Below, in pieces: positions 47,077 through 57,150 of a stretch of 62,227 nucleotides of DNA. The DNA is taken from the IMG/VR virus record IMGVR_UViG_3300038976_000011, positions 1 through 62,227 of that record, one strand, 5' to 3'. Origin of the DNA: a virus (taxonomy: Duplodnaviria > Caudoviricetes). The notes under the pieces were generated by a model. The model was given only the letters and a program-made list of their open reading frames with translations, did not search any database and was not told where the DNA came from. Position numbers and translations under genes: made by a program. Within the stretch, counting starts at the first letter, position 1. Every line of letters starts with the position of its first letter.

Positions 47077-48675
47077 ATGCCGTGGCGCGGACCGGATGGC
47101 CCCGATGACTTCCCGACTCTCGGCTATGAAGTGGCTGACTGGATCGAGTCGCACGTCGTCATTCCAGACGGGTACAGCCAGGGTGAGCCGTACCGGCTGA
47201 CGAATGAGCAGCTGAGGTTCATCAAGCACTACTACCGGGTGTATCCGCATGCCGCGCCGTGGCCATCAGAGTTTGGGCTGGTCAACACTGGTGGGCAGCT
47301 GCGCCGCCCGCAAAAGCATGGCAAGGATCCCCTGGGGGCTGCGCTGATCCTCGCCGAAGCGCTCGGCCCGACCCGGTTCGACGGGTGGAACGCCGATGGT
47401 GATCCGGTGGGTCGCCCGTATCCGACACCGCTGATTGTGTGTCTGGGTACGAGCGAGGATCAGACGGACAACACGTACCGTCCGTTGTTGTCGATGATCC
47501 GGAATGGTCCGTTGGCGGATCTGCCGGGCATGGATGCTGGTGAGACGCGGGTTGTGTTGCCGTCGGGCGGGAAGATCGAACCGGTCACCACGTCGGCGAA
47601 GGCCCGGTTGGGTGCCCCGATGACGTTCGTGACGATCACCGAGAGCCACCTGTTCACCCTGCAGGGCGGGTTCCGTCGGGTGTGTGGCGCGGTCAAGCGG
47701 AACGTCGCCGGCATGGACGGCCGCTGGCTCGAACTCACCAACGCGTGGGACCCGACTGAAGGGTCTGAGGCGCAGGTGACCGCGGAGGCCGGCGATAAGC
47801 GGGTCTACGTGGACACGGTGCAACCGAGACGGGTGGATGACCTGTCCGACGACGACGCCCTCTACAAGGAGCTGCTGCGGCAGTACGGCGACTCTGCCCG
47901 CGAGAAGGGCGGGTGGGTCAATATCCGGGGCCGCATCTTCGACGAGGTGCGGTCGAACCGGTATCTCGAATCGGACCGGCGCCGCTTCTTTTTGAACGAG
48001 ATCGTGGTCGGCGAGTCGGTGTTCGTGGACCCGACCCGCTGGGACCTGCAGGCCCGCCCGGATGAGGACGGGTTGGCGCCGCGGGAGTTCATCGCGCTCG
48101 GGTTTGACGGCGCGAAGTATCGGGACGCGACCGCTCTGATCGCATCCAGGATTTCGGATGGCCGACTGTTTGAGCTGCGGATCTGGGAACGCCCACCGGA
48201 CGCAGACCAGGACTGGCGGGTGCCGTCGGTCGAGGTGGACGCGTACATGCGGGATGTGTTCGGCGCCTACCAGGTGGCGATCATGTTCGCTGACCCTTAC
48301 CGGTGGCAGGACTACCTGGATGCGTGGGCCGCCGAGTTCGGGGCGGACAGGGTGGTGGAGTTCCCCACCAACCAGGAGCAGCGCATGGACCGGGCGATTG
48401 AGCGGTTCACGACAGCGTTCTCCAACTTGGAGATCACGCATGACGGCAGCATGGTCACGACCCGCCATTTCAAGAACGCGGTGTTGGTGAAGGGCGGCCG
48501 GAAGAAGGCCCGCCCGGGTGAGGAAACGAACATCGCGTCGCACTACATGAAGATGGCGAAGCGTGGCGACGGGTTGCAGATCGACGCCGCGGTGGCCGGT
48601 GTTTTGGCGCACGAGGCTCGCGCGTACGCGATTGAGCATTCTCTGGTCCAGGAAGGGACACCGAGCTTGTGGTGA
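47077..48675 (+). CDS. terL: Terminase large subunit
   Basis: RPQKHGK Walker A, ITESH Walker B, LGFDGA nuclease motif, IDAAVA. Confidence 0.92.
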   Translation: MPWRGPDGPDDFPTLGYEVADWIESHVVIPDGYSQGEPYRLTNEQLRFIKHYYRVYPHAAPWPSEFGLVNTGGQLRRPQKHGKDPLGAALILAEALGPTRFDGWNADGDPVGRPYPTPLIVCLGTSEDQTDNTYRPLLSMIRNGPLADLPGMDAGETRVVLPSGGKIEPVTTSAKARLGAPMTFVTITESHLFTLQGGFRRVCGAVKRNVAGMDGRWLELTNAWDPTEGSEAQVTAEAGDKRVYVDTVQPRRVDDLSDDDALYKELLRQYGDSAREKGGWVNIRGRIFDEVRSNRYLESDRRRFFLNEIVVGESVFVDPTRWDLQARPDEDGLAPREFIALGFDGAKYRDATALIASRISDGRLFELRIWERPPDADQDWRVPSVEVDAYMRDVFGAYQVAIMFADPYRWQDYLDAWAAEFGADRVVEFPTNQEQRMDRAIERFTTAFSNLEITHDGSMVTTRHFKNAVLVKGGRKKARPGEETNIASHYMKMAKRGDGLQIDAAVAGVLAHEARAYAIEHSLVQEGTPSLW

Positions 48676-48911
48676 ACGAGTCGAGTGTGTGGAACAGCCT
48701 CAAGGAGTGGGTGGGGTACGGGCTGGTCATCGCGTTCCTGTGGTTCGTGTGGCCGCCGCTGGTGCTGCTCGGGTCCGGCCTGTTGATCGTGATCGACGCG
48801 AACGCCCGCAAGCGGGGCCGGATGGTGTCGGCGCTTGCGGCGGCGTGGACTGCGGGGCGTACCGCGTTCGCGAAGCGGGACGAACCGACGGATCTGCGTT
48901 CGGCTGCCTGA
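48669..48911 (+). CDS. Small membrane protein
   Basis: Two hydrophobic segments; between terL and the portal gene. Confidence 0.55.
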   Translation: MVNESSVWNSLKEWVGYGLVIAFLWFVWPPLVLLGSGLLIVIDANARKRGRMVSALAAAWTAGRTAFAKRDEPTDLRSAA

Positions 48912-48942
48912 TCCCGTGCCCGTTGATGCTTGAGGAGGCTCG

Positions 48943-51090
48943 GTGACGCTGTTCCGCGACGCGCGGGCCGCCCTGCAGGAGATTCGGGCGAACCCTGAGG
49001 ACCCGTCCTACCCGTTGACGTCGGCGACGTTGGTGGAGTTGTTCGCCGGCGGTAAGACCAGTGCCGGCGTGTATGTGTCTGAGGCGTCCGCGCACAAGGT
49101 GATCGCGGTGTATCGGGCGTGGGCGCTGCTGGCGGGCACGATCGGGTCGCTGCCGCTGCAAACGTTCACCGGCGAGCCACCCGGTGGTGAGCGGTGGTCC
49201 GGTGACCAGGCGTTCCTGCTGCAGTACCCGGGTGGCCGGGACGCGGTGTCGGGTCTCCCGACGCTGGGTGCGACCCCCGGCCCAGTGTTTTGGGAAACGC
49301 TCGGCGTTCACCTGCTGACCTGGGGAAACGCCTACGTGGTGAAGATCCCCAACGTGGTGGGGAACCGGGTCGTCGCCCTGGATCTGCTGTTGCCGAACAA
49401 GGTGCAGCCGAGGTGGGCGCGGAAAACTGAGGCGAACCCGGCGGGCAAAGAGTTCGTCGTCATCGACGACGACGGCACCTACATGGTCGCCACCCCCCGC
49501 GATGTGATCCACATCCGGGCGATGGGTGGGTCGCTGCTGCAAGGGCTGTCGCCGATCGGCGCGGCCCGGCAAGCGCTGGGTTTGGCGGTCGCCGCCGAGG
49601 AGTACGGCGCGAAGCTGTTCGGGTCCGGGAACCTGATGGCGGGGATCCTGCAAACCGACCAGAAGCTGCAGGAACCGGATGCGGAGCGGTTGAAGCAGCG
49701 GTGGAAGGCCAAGATGCATGGCCTCGCCAACGCCCACGACATCGCTGTCCTGGACTCCGGGGCGAAGTGGCAGCAGATCGGTATCCCGCCGGAGGACTCC
49801 CAGTTTCTGCAGACCCGCGAGTTCGCGGTCACCGAGGTCGCCCGCCTGTACGGCATCCCGCCGCACATGCTCGGCCAGGTGGAGAAGTCCACATCGTGGG
49901 GCACCGGGATCGAGCAGCAGGGTCTCGGGTTCAACATCTACACGCTGCGCCCGTGGTTGTCCCGCATCGAGGCGACGCTGTCGAACGAGCTGTTGCCGCG
50001 GGGCGTCAACTGCCGGTTCAACGTCACCGAACTGTTGCGCGGCGACATCAAAACCCGCTACGAGGCCTACCAGCTCGGCATCAACTCCGGGTTCATGTCG
50101 CCCGCGGACGCACGTGATCAGGAAGGGCTGCCGTTCGTGGCGGGCAGCAACGAGCTGATGTTCCCCCTCAACTATGGGTCGTTGAAGAACGTCGTCGACC
50201 CGCCGGCCCAACCGGTTCAGGAACCGGCTGTGTCCAACCCGGGAGGTCAACGGATGAGCAGCGGACGCGAACAGCGACGTGTCGCCCTGGACTCGGTCGA
50301 GATACGTGCCGATGTCACCGGCGACGAGATCAGGGTGGACGGTCACGCGGCCGTATTCGAGAGGACAGCGTGGATCGGACCACCCCAGTATGGGTTCTCC
50401 GAGCGGTTCGCGAAGGGCGCGTTCGCCAAGACGATCAGCGACGGCGCGGACATCCGCTACCTGTTCAACCACGACCCCAACGCGATTCTGGCCCGCACCA
50501 AGTCGGGCACGTTGAAGCTGAGTGAGGATCGAACGGGTCTCGCCGTAGACGCCAACCTCGCCCCGACCACGGTAGGACGGGATCTCGCAATCCTCATGGA
50601 GCGCGGGGACGTGAACCAGATGTCCATCGGCTTCGAGGTGGTGCGGGACCAGTGGGAAGAGGTACGCGGCGACGACGGCAACACGTACGAGCGGCGCACC
50701 GTCTTCGAGGCGAAGCTGTACGACGTCAGCGCCGTCACCTACCCGGCGTACGAAGGGACCGATGCTGGCCTGCGTGCCGCCGAGCTCGCCCGCGAACTCC
50801 GCGACGCCCGCGGCCAGCACGTCCAACGACGTTCGGATGATCGGGAGCCGCCAACCAGCACTCCCGACACCGACAGCCGCGGAAGCGGCGACCCCTCCAC
50901 CCCCGCGGTAGAGGTTCCTGTCCCACCCGTGGAGCCGGCAACAGCCACTCCCGCCGACGGTGAGGACTACGTGGAGGAGCGCAGCCTGCCGCTGCACGAA
51001 CTGCTTCTCCGGCACGCGGCCGGCTCTCATGCCGCTGCTCCGCGTGCCTTGTGCCCCGCCTGTACCCAGCCGGCAACCGCCACTGCCTGA
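48943..51090 (+). CDS. HK97-type portal protein fused in frame to prohead protease
   Basis: Portal motifs (LLTWGNAY, GLSPI, QFLQTR, EVARLYGIPP), then protease motifs (GHAAVF, LFNHD, QMSIGF, DVSAVTYPAY) with no stop between them. Confidence 0.88.
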   Translation: MTLFRDARAALQEIRANPEDPSYPLTSATLVELFAGGKTSAGVYVSEASAHKVIAVYRAWALLAGTIGSLPLQTFTGEPPGGERWSGDQAFLLQYPGGRDAVSGLPTLGATPGPVFWETLGVHLLTWGNAYVVKIPNVVGNRVVALDLLLPNKVQPRWARKTEANPAGKEFVVIDDDGTYMVATPRDVIHIRAMGGSLLQGLSPIGAARQALGLAVAAEEYGAKLFGSGNLMAGILQTDQKLQEPDAERLKQRWKAKMHGLANAHDIAVLDSGAKWQQIGIPPEDSQFLQTREFAVTEVARLYGIPPHMLGQVEKSTSWGTGIEQQGLGFNIYTLRPWLSRIEATLSNELLPRGVNCRFNVTELLRGDIKTRYEAYQLGINSGFMSPADARDQEGLPFVAGSNELMFPLNYGSLKNVVDPPAQPVQEPAVSNPGGQRMSSGREQRRVALDSVEIRADVTGDEIRVDGHAAVFERTAWIGPPQYGFSERFAKGAFAKTISDGADIRYLFNHDPNAILARTKSGTLKLSEDRTGLAVDANLAPTTVGRDLAILMERGDVNQMSIGFEVVRDQWEEVRGDDGNTYERRTVFEAKLYDVSAVTYPAYEGTDAGLRAAELARELRDARGQHVQRRSDDREPPTSTPDTDSRGSGDPSTPAVEVPVPPVEPATATPADGEDYVEERSLPLHELLLRHAAGSHAAAPRALCPACTQPATATA

Positions 51091-51145
51091 TCAGGTTCGG
51101 CACACCTGCGAAATCATCCCCCACCAAGAGTGAAGGAGACCTGCC

Positions 51146-52444
51146 ATGTCGCAGGTGTTGTACGACCGGCGCGCCCAGGTCTGGGAGGCTCAGAAGGCGC
51201 TGCTGGATGCCACCGCGGACCGCACCATGTCCGGGCAAGAGAAGGAAGCCCTGCAGCGGATGGACGTCGAGCTCGACGAGCTCGAGTTCTCCATCCGGGC
51301 GCAGGAGAAGGGTGAGGAGCGGCGCCAGAAGCTCGAGTCGCCCGCCGACGTGGCTCTGTCGACGCGGGCGTCGGAGGAGCCGCACCCGTTGACCCCGGAT
51401 GGTCGCGCCGGTTCGGCTGCGACACGTTCGGCGTCCCAGTCGGCGGTGTCGGCTGGCGAGTTCCCACAGCTCCACGAGTACGAGCGGGCGTTCGACGGCT
51501 ACCTGCGTCGCGGTGTGTCGGACCTCAACACCGAGCAGCGTGCGCTGCTGAACCGCCACGAGTTCCGTGACCTGTCGGTGGGTACGAACACCGCCGGTGG
51601 TTACACGGTGCCGCCGGGGTTCGCGCAGCGCATCACCGACGCGATGAAGGCGTTCGGTGGGATGCTCGACGTCGCGAACATCATCGACACCGAGTCCGGT
51701 CAGGGCCTGGTGTGGCCGACCGCGGATGACACCGGCAACGTCGGTGCGATCCTGGCGGAGAACAACGCCGCCCCGACGCAGGACATCACGTTCGGGCAGA
51801 AGACGCTCGGCGCGTTCATGTACACCAGCAAGATGGTGAAGGTCTCCTACCAGCTGCTCAACGACTCCGCGTTCGACCTGAACGCGTGGCTGCCGGAGAA
51901 GTTCGCGCAGCGCATCGGGCGTGCGGTGAACGCGCACTTCACCAACGGCACCGGCGGCGGCACCCAGCCGTCCGGGCTGGTGCCGGGCCTGACGGTGGGC
52001 AAGACCGGCGCGACCGGCCAGACCCTCACGGTGACCGGTGACGACCTGATCGACCTGATCCACTCGATCGACCCGGCGTACCGCAACGCACGCTCGCGGT
52101 TCATGCTCGCCGACTCGAGCGTGAAGGTGGTGCGGAAGCTCAAGGACACCACCGGCCAGTACCTGTGGCAACCCGGTCTCACCGCCGGCTCCCCGGACAC
52201 CCTTCTCGGGTACGGGGTGTCCATCAACCAGGACATGCCGGTGATGGCCGCGAACGCCAAGTCGATCGCGTTCGGCGACTTCAACGCCGCCTACGTGATC
52301 CGCCGCGTGCAGGGTGTCGCCGTGAAGCGCTTCGATGAGCGTTTTGCGGATGCCCTTCAAGTAGGGTTTTTGTCGTTTGCGCGTTATGACGGCGTGGTCG
52401 ACGACGCGAACGCGGCAAAAATCTATCAAAACAGCGCCACCTGA
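51146..52444 (+). CDS. Major capsid protein (HK97 fold)
   Basis: AGGYTVP, VSYQLLNDS, GQYLWQPG, FGDF; N-terminal delta-domain coiled coil. Confidence 0.93.
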   Translation: MSQVLYDRRAQVWEAQKALLDATADRTMSGQEKEALQRMDVELDELEFSIRAQEKGEERRQKLESPADVALSTRASEEPHPLTPDGRAGSAATRSASQSAVSAGEFPQLHEYERAFDGYLRRGVSDLNTEQRALLNRHEFRDLSVGTNTAGGYTVPPGFAQRITDAMKAFGGMLDVANIIDTESGQGLVWPTADDTGNVGAILAENNAAPTQDITFGQKTLGAFMYTSKMVKVSYQLLNDSAFDLNAWLPEKFAQRIGRAVNAHFTNGTGGGTQPSGLVPGLTVGKTGATGQTLTVTGDDLIDLIHSIDPAYRNARSRFMLADSSVKVVRKLKDTTGQYLWQPGLTAGSPDTLLGYGVSINQDMPVMAANAKSIAFGDFNAAYVIRRVQGVAVKRFDERFADALQVGFLSFARYDGVVDDANAAKIYQNSAT

Positions 52445-52476
52445 CAGGTGTGCGTCAGTTTTGATAGACTGACGCA

Positions 52477-53169
52477 ATGCGGACGACGCACAGACGAATC
52501 GGAGAGCAGGATCGCTGCGTGCGGTGCGAAAGCCCGTTCGTGCGAACGCATGGCAGGCAGCGATACTGCTCGTCCGATTGCAAGAAGATCGCCGACAACG
52601 AGAACCGAACGAATCGATATCGTGCGCGTGCGTTTGCGTGCCGCCGGTGCGGGGAGTCGTTCACTCGTGACGAGTGCACGGCACGCAAGGTGTACTGCTC
52701 CGACGACTGTCGGTTAGCCGACGACCGTGACACTCGAAGCACGTTCGAGTACGACCGCACGCAGTCACCGGAGCACATCGCTAAGAGAACTGCCGCGATG
52801 AAGGCGACGTTGGCGAAGCAGCGGCGGATCTGCGAACGGTGCAGCGAGGAGTTCACCCCGACTAGTGCTGCGCAGCGGTATTGCTCGGGTCAGTGTTGGA
52901 ACGCGGTCGCCAGCCAACGCAGGACTCGGGTAAACCGGCCGAGGATCTCAAGAGAGCGGTACGCCGAACTGCTTGAGCAGCAAGGCGGGGCATGTGCCAT
53001 ATGTGGGTCGGGGAACCGATCCGGTCACAGGCTTGCCGCCGATCATGACCACAAGACCGGTGCTATTCGCGGCCTGCTGTGCCATCGCTGCAACACCGCG
53101 ATCGGCCTGCTCCGTGATGACCCCGAGTTGCTCAGGGCCGCTATCGGATACCTGAGCAAGTTCAACTAG
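52477..53169 (+). CDS. Endonuclease VII-type HNH homing endonuclease with repeated Cys-rich N-terminal modules
   Basis: QQGGACAIC...ADHDHKTGAIRGLLCHRCN; three CxxC...YCS..C repeats. Confidence 0.88.
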   Translation: MRTTHRRIGEQDRCVRCESPFVRTHGRQRYCSSDCKKIADNENRTNRYRARAFACRRCGESFTRDECTARKVYCSDDCRLADDRDTRSTFEYDRTQSPEHIAKRTAAMKATLAKQRRICERCSEEFTPTSAAQRYCSGQCWNAVASQRRTRVNRPRISRERYAELLEQQGGACAICGSGNRSGHRLAADHDHKTGAIRGLLCHRCNTAIGLLRDDPELLRAAIGYLSKFN

Positions 53170-53207
53170 ACGGCCGGTGGCGTCCGGCCAGAAAGGACTT
53201 CGCCGGT

Positions 53208-53390
53208 ATGGCCCAGACATTCGACGAAGACGACCAGATGTGGGTCCCAGCTGCTGCGGTCACCAACGTGGCCGGCACGGCGGGCGGCACCTATACCGCC
53301 ACCGAGCAGGGCATCATCAACAACTCGGTCACCGCGATCAACGCGATCCTCGCGGCGCTCCGAGCAGCCAACATCATCGCGGAGGACTGA
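53208..53390 (+). CDS. Small head fibre/decoration-like protein
   Basis: INAILAALRAANII trimeric-helix-like C-terminus. Confidence 0.55.
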   Translation: MAQTFDEDDQMWVPAAAVTNVAGTAGGTYTATEQGIINNSVTAINAILAALRAANIIAED

Positions 53391-53393
53391 TCA

Positions 53394-53942
53394 ATGGCGA
53401 ACGATCACGCCGAGGAACTGACGCAGCGCCCGGCCGCGGAGGTGCTGCGGGACACCGACCGCACCTCGGTGGGTGTGGTGCGGATCCTGTCCAGCGCTGC
53501 CGGGAAGCCGGGCGAGGAGCGGGAGTACAAGACCGGTGACGAGGCGCTGGTGGAGGGTGGGCAGGCGGAGTGGGTGGTCGCGCCCGTGCATTCGCCGGCG
53601 TCCGGTCGGCGCATGGACGCTGACGCTGAGCGGGGTGCGACTCCGCTGGGCGGCGCTGAGGTGTATCCGCCGGCTGAGCCGACCACCAGCGGTCGCCGGT
53701 CCGCGGCCCGCGCTGACGGCTACGTCGACGCGCACACCGACGACAAGGCCGCGGGCACGATCGCCGCGAAGCGCAGCGAGGTTGCATCCTCCACGGACGC
53801 GGAGTCGGTGAAGACGGATGCCGCGCTCGGTGGGCTGGGTGCCCGTTCCGGCCCGGTGACCGCGCAGTCGGATCTTCCGGCGGACAAGGCGCGTGCCGAC
53901 GCCGACAAGGCAGCTGCTGACGCTGCGGCGAAGAAGAAGTAG
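53394..53942 (+). CDS. Hypothetical virion-region protein
   Basis: ORF within the head operon. Confidence 0.55.
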   Translation: MANDHAEELTQRPAAEVLRDTDRTSVGVVRILSSAAGKPGEEREYKTGDEALVEGGQAEWVVAPVHSPASGRRMDADAERGATPLGGAEVYPPAEPTTSGRRSAARADGYVDAHTDDKAAGTIAAKRSEVASSTDAESVKTDAALGGLGARSGPVTAQSDLPADKARADADKAAADAAAKKK

Positions 53943-53951
53943 GAGCGGTCG

Positions 53952-54275
53952 ATGCGACGCCTGCGTGTGCTGTCCGGGCATCCGCTGCTGGGCAAACCCA
54001 ACGATGAGGTGCCGGAGTTTCAGGGCGCGCAGGCGTACGTCGAGGCAGGGCTCGCGGAGTGGATCGTGGATCGTGTCGTGCCTGTCGAAACGGGGATGCG
54101 TCTGGGTGCGGCGGAGACGACCGCGGCGAACCCGGCGGTGGCCGGCGCCGGCGAAACCGACGCTGTCCTGCGAGCTCGTCTTGAGCGGCACGGCGTGAAG
54201 GTGGACGGGCGATGGAAGACGGCCCGCTTGCAGTCGGAGCTGGCCAAGGTCGAGCAGGCTGGGGAAACCCGATGA
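53952..54275 (+). CDS. Hypothetical virion-region protein
   Basis: AGGAG RBS; GVKVDGRWK..RL C-terminal motif. Confidence 0.6.
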   Translation: MRRLRVLSGHPLLGKPNDEVPEFQGAQAYVEAGLAEWIVDRVVPVETGMRLGAAETTAANPAVAGAGETDAVLRARLERHGVKVDGRWKTARLQSELAKVEQAGETR

Positions 54276-54288
54276 GCGGAGTGATCTG

Positions 54289-54912
54289 ATGGCCCAGTGG
54301 TACCGGCAGGCCCCGGCAAAGATCATGAACAAGGAGGTGGACTGGAACAGCGACACCATCTCGCTGTCCCTGCATACCTCCACCTACACGCCGAACCTGG
54401 ACACCCACGCTTACGTCAGTGACCTCACCAACGAGCTGTCCACCGCGTCCGGCTACACGGCGGGCGGGCTGACGTTGACGTCGTGCACGATCACGTATAC
54501 GGCGGCGAACTCGTGGGGCACCAGCCGCGCGAACTCGACCGCCTACGTGGTGGGTGACGTGATCCGGCCGGCGTCCGGGAACGGGTTCCTGTACGTGTGC
54601 GTGGTGGCCGGCACCTCGGCGGGCACCGTGACGACCCTGGGCACTGTGGTGGGTCGGGAAACCACCGACGGCACTGCGGTGTTCGAGAATGTGGGTGCGG
54701 GGATCGTCACCCTGTCGGCTGCGACAGCGACCTGGTCGAGCTTCTCGGCAGGCCCGTTCCGGTACGGCGTGATCTCCGACCGCACCCCCGGCACCGCAGC
54801 GACCCAACCACTGCTCGGGCTGATCGACTTCGGGTCGAACCAGACCGGCGGCGGCGCGACCTACAACGTGTCGTTCTCCAACAGCGGGCCGCTGCACATC
54901 TTCACCAAGTAG
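54289..54912 (+). CDS. Virion structural protein with inserted carbohydrate-binding-like module
   Basis: NELSTASGYTAGG...LIDFG scaffold; insert W...AYVVGDVIRP...YVCVVAGTS...DGT. Confidence 0.6.
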   Translation: MAQWYRQAPAKIMNKEVDWNSDTISLSLHTSTYTPNLDTHAYVSDLTNELSTASGYTAGGLTLTSCTITYTAANSWGTSRANSTAYVVGDVIRPASGNGFLYVCVVAGTSAGTVTTLGTVVGRETTDGTAVFENVGAGIVTLSAATATWSSFSAGPFRYGVISDRTPGTAATQPLLGLIDFGSNQTGGGATYNVSFSNSGPLHIFTK

Positions 54913-54918
54913 CCCCCG

Positions 54919-56346
54919 ATGTCGAACCGGTTTGATGCGGCCTCCGACCGCGTCTCACGTGCTGGCGGTTCACCGGATCCACAGACAGCGTTCACCATCT
55001 GCGGCTGGTTCTACCTGTCGGTGAACCGGGCCGACTTCTCCACACTGGCCCGGATCCACGCCTCTAGCGGATCGACCACCCGACTCACCCTCGCTACCAA
55101 CACCGGTGGGCTCCGCCCGGCGGTGTTCACCCCCGGCAACACCGGTGGTGTGCTGGCCGTCGACAGCTTCAGCGTTGGCGCGTGGCTGTGGGTCGCGGTC
55201 ACCCAGTCCTCAACGACCGCCATCATCTACACCTGCACTTCGGCGGGCGGCACCCTCAACTCGGCGTCCGGCACCTCGTCGGGCGGTGCGGCACCGGACG
55301 GGTACACGTTCGGTGGCCGGTCCTCGTCGGATGCGTCGGAGTGGTTCAACGGCCGCGCCGCCTACGTGCGGCTGTGGTCGGTGGTGCTGAACACGACCGA
55401 GCTCGCGGCGGAGCGGGACTCCACCGTGCCGGTGAAGACGGCGTCGCTGTACGCGGACTACCCGTTGACGGTGTTCACCGACCTCACCGACCACTCCGGA
55501 AACGCCCGTAACCTCACCGCCGGCTCAACGTCGACCACGACGGAAGCCGACCCACCGCTGGGGACGTTCGTCACCGACGCCCCTGTTGGTTTGCGGGTCG
55601 GCTACCCGACGGACACGACCACCTTCGGGGTCTCTGCCGTCGACGCGCCCGGTGGGCAGCGGCTGGGGTCCCCGCGAGAGCTGGTCACCCTGGGTGGCGC
55701 GTTCACGGACGCGCCTACCGGGGTAAGGGTCGGTTCGCCGGCGGAGACCGTAACGCAGGGCGGCGGCCTCACCGACGCGCCTGGCGGGGTGCGGCTCGGC
55801 ATCCCCGCAGACAGTGTGACGTTCGGTGTCACGGTCACTGACCCGCCCGGTTCGGCCCGGACCGGCGCGCCCGTTGAGGCGTCGTCGTCGGGTGTCACAG
55901 TCGTCGACGTCGTGCATGGTGCGCGACTGGGTCAACCGCGCGAGGCGGTGACATTCGGGTCGACGGTCGCCGACCAACCCGGACATGTCCGGCTCGGATC
56001 ACCCGCCGATTCGGCGAGCGCCGGCCTCACATACATCGACTTCCCGACTGCCGCCCGGCTCGGCTATCCAGGACAGGCTGTGACGGTCGGCTGGGCCGTC
56101 GTCGATGCCCCGACGGGGCTGCGGTTCGGGTCGCCCGCCGATCGAGTCACCTTCTCCACTCTGACGCTCGCGGACCCCGGTTCGCTGCGGCTGGGGTTCC
56201 CTCGCGATGAGGCGGCGACAGTCATCCCGCCGACCCGCGGCGACATGACCCCGACGGACCGTTCAACCGCCACCGCGACCCCCACACTCCGCCCGCTGGC
56301 GTCGATGGCACCAACCGGCCGCGTGAACGCAACGATGGGAGGGTAG
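54919..56346 (+). CDS. LamG/concanavalin-like domain plus ten 22-aa repeats (fibre-like virion protein)
   Basis: FTICGWF, WLWVAVT, FNGRAAYVRLW; repeats of the form xDAPxGxRLGxPxxxVT. Confidence 0.75.
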   Translation: MSNRFDAASDRVSRAGGSPDPQTAFTICGWFYLSVNRADFSTLARIHASSGSTTRLTLATNTGGLRPAVFTPGNTGGVLAVDSFSVGAWLWVAVTQSSTTAIIYTCTSAGGTLNSASGTSSGGAAPDGYTFGGRSSSDASEWFNGRAAYVRLWSVVLNTTELAAERDSTVPVKTASLYADYPLTVFTDLTDHSGNARNLTAGSTSTTTEADPPLGTFVTDAPVGLRVGYPTDTTTFGVSAVDAPGGQRLGSPRELVTLGGAFTDAPTGVRVGSPAETVTQGGGLTDAPGGVRLGIPADSVTFGVTVTDPPGSARTGAPVEASSSGVTVVDVVHGARLGQPREAVTFGSTVADQPGHVRLGSPADSASAGLTYIDFPTAARLGYPGQAVTVGWAVVDAPTGLRFGSPADRVTFSTLTLADPGSLRLGFPRDEAATVIPPTRGDMTPTDRSTATATPTLRPLASMAPTGRVNATMGG

Positions 56347-57150
56347 ATGGCCTACGACCTCGCCGACGTCGTACCGCTCACGGTCACGATCCGCGACACA
56401 ACCGGTGCACCCGCCGACGGCGGAACGGTGACTCTCACGGTCACTCTCCCGGACCTCACCACCGCGACGCCGGCGGTCACCCACGCTGGCGTGGGCGTCT
56501 ACCAGGTGGACTACGTACCACCAATGCCGGGCCGGTACAGCGTGAACTGGGTGTGCACCGGCACCAACGCATCCGGTTACAGCGACGCGTTCGACGTGCG
56601 GGAAGCCGCCCCCCACTATGCCGCCAGCCTCGCGGACCTCAAGCTACAACTGAACATGACCGGCACCACCGACGACGAAGAGCTGCGGCTGTACCTCGAA
56701 GCGGCGACCACCGTGGTGGAGCAGCATTTGAGGCGCGCGGTGGTGCGCCGCTCGTTTGTGGAGCAGATCACCGCGACCGGGTATCTGGCGTTGACGTGGA
56801 CCCCGGTGGTGTCCCTCACCTCCGTGATCTACACCAACGGGTCGGGGTCGTTGACCCTGTCGGACCTGGTGGTGTCGGCGGCGGGGCTGGTCACGTCCGT
56901 GACGAACCCGTGTCTGTTGGTGGGGGACTTCACCGCAACCTACGTCGCCGGGCCGGCGCTCGTCCCAGCTAACGAGACCCTCGCCTGCTTGATCATCGCG
57001 CAGCACCTGTGGGAGACCCAACGCGGCACGAAGGGCGCGGCGCACGCGGGCGGCCTCAACAACCCGGGCCTGGGGTTCACCAGCTTCGGGTTCGCTATCC
57101 CGAACCGGGCGCTCGAGCTGCTCGGGCCGCCTGTGCCCGGGGTGGTGTGA
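56347..57150 (+). CDS. Head-to-tail adaptor with N-terminal Ig-like domain
   Basis: SLADLKLQLN...DDEELRLYLEAAT...TYVAG...HLWETQRG. Confidence 0.75.
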   Translation: MAYDLADVVPLTVTIRDTTGAPADGGTVTLTVTLPDLTTATPAVTHAGVGVYQVDYVPPMPGRYSVNWVCTGTNASGYSDAFDVREAAPHYAASLADLKLQLNMTGTTDDEELRLYLEAATTVVEQHLRRAVVRRSFVEQITATGYLALTWTPVVSLTSVIYTNGSGSLTLSDLVVSAAGLVTSVTNPCLLVGDFTATYVAGPALVPANETLACLIIAQHLWETQRGTKGAAHAGGLNNPGLGFTSFGFAIPNRALELLGPPVPGVV

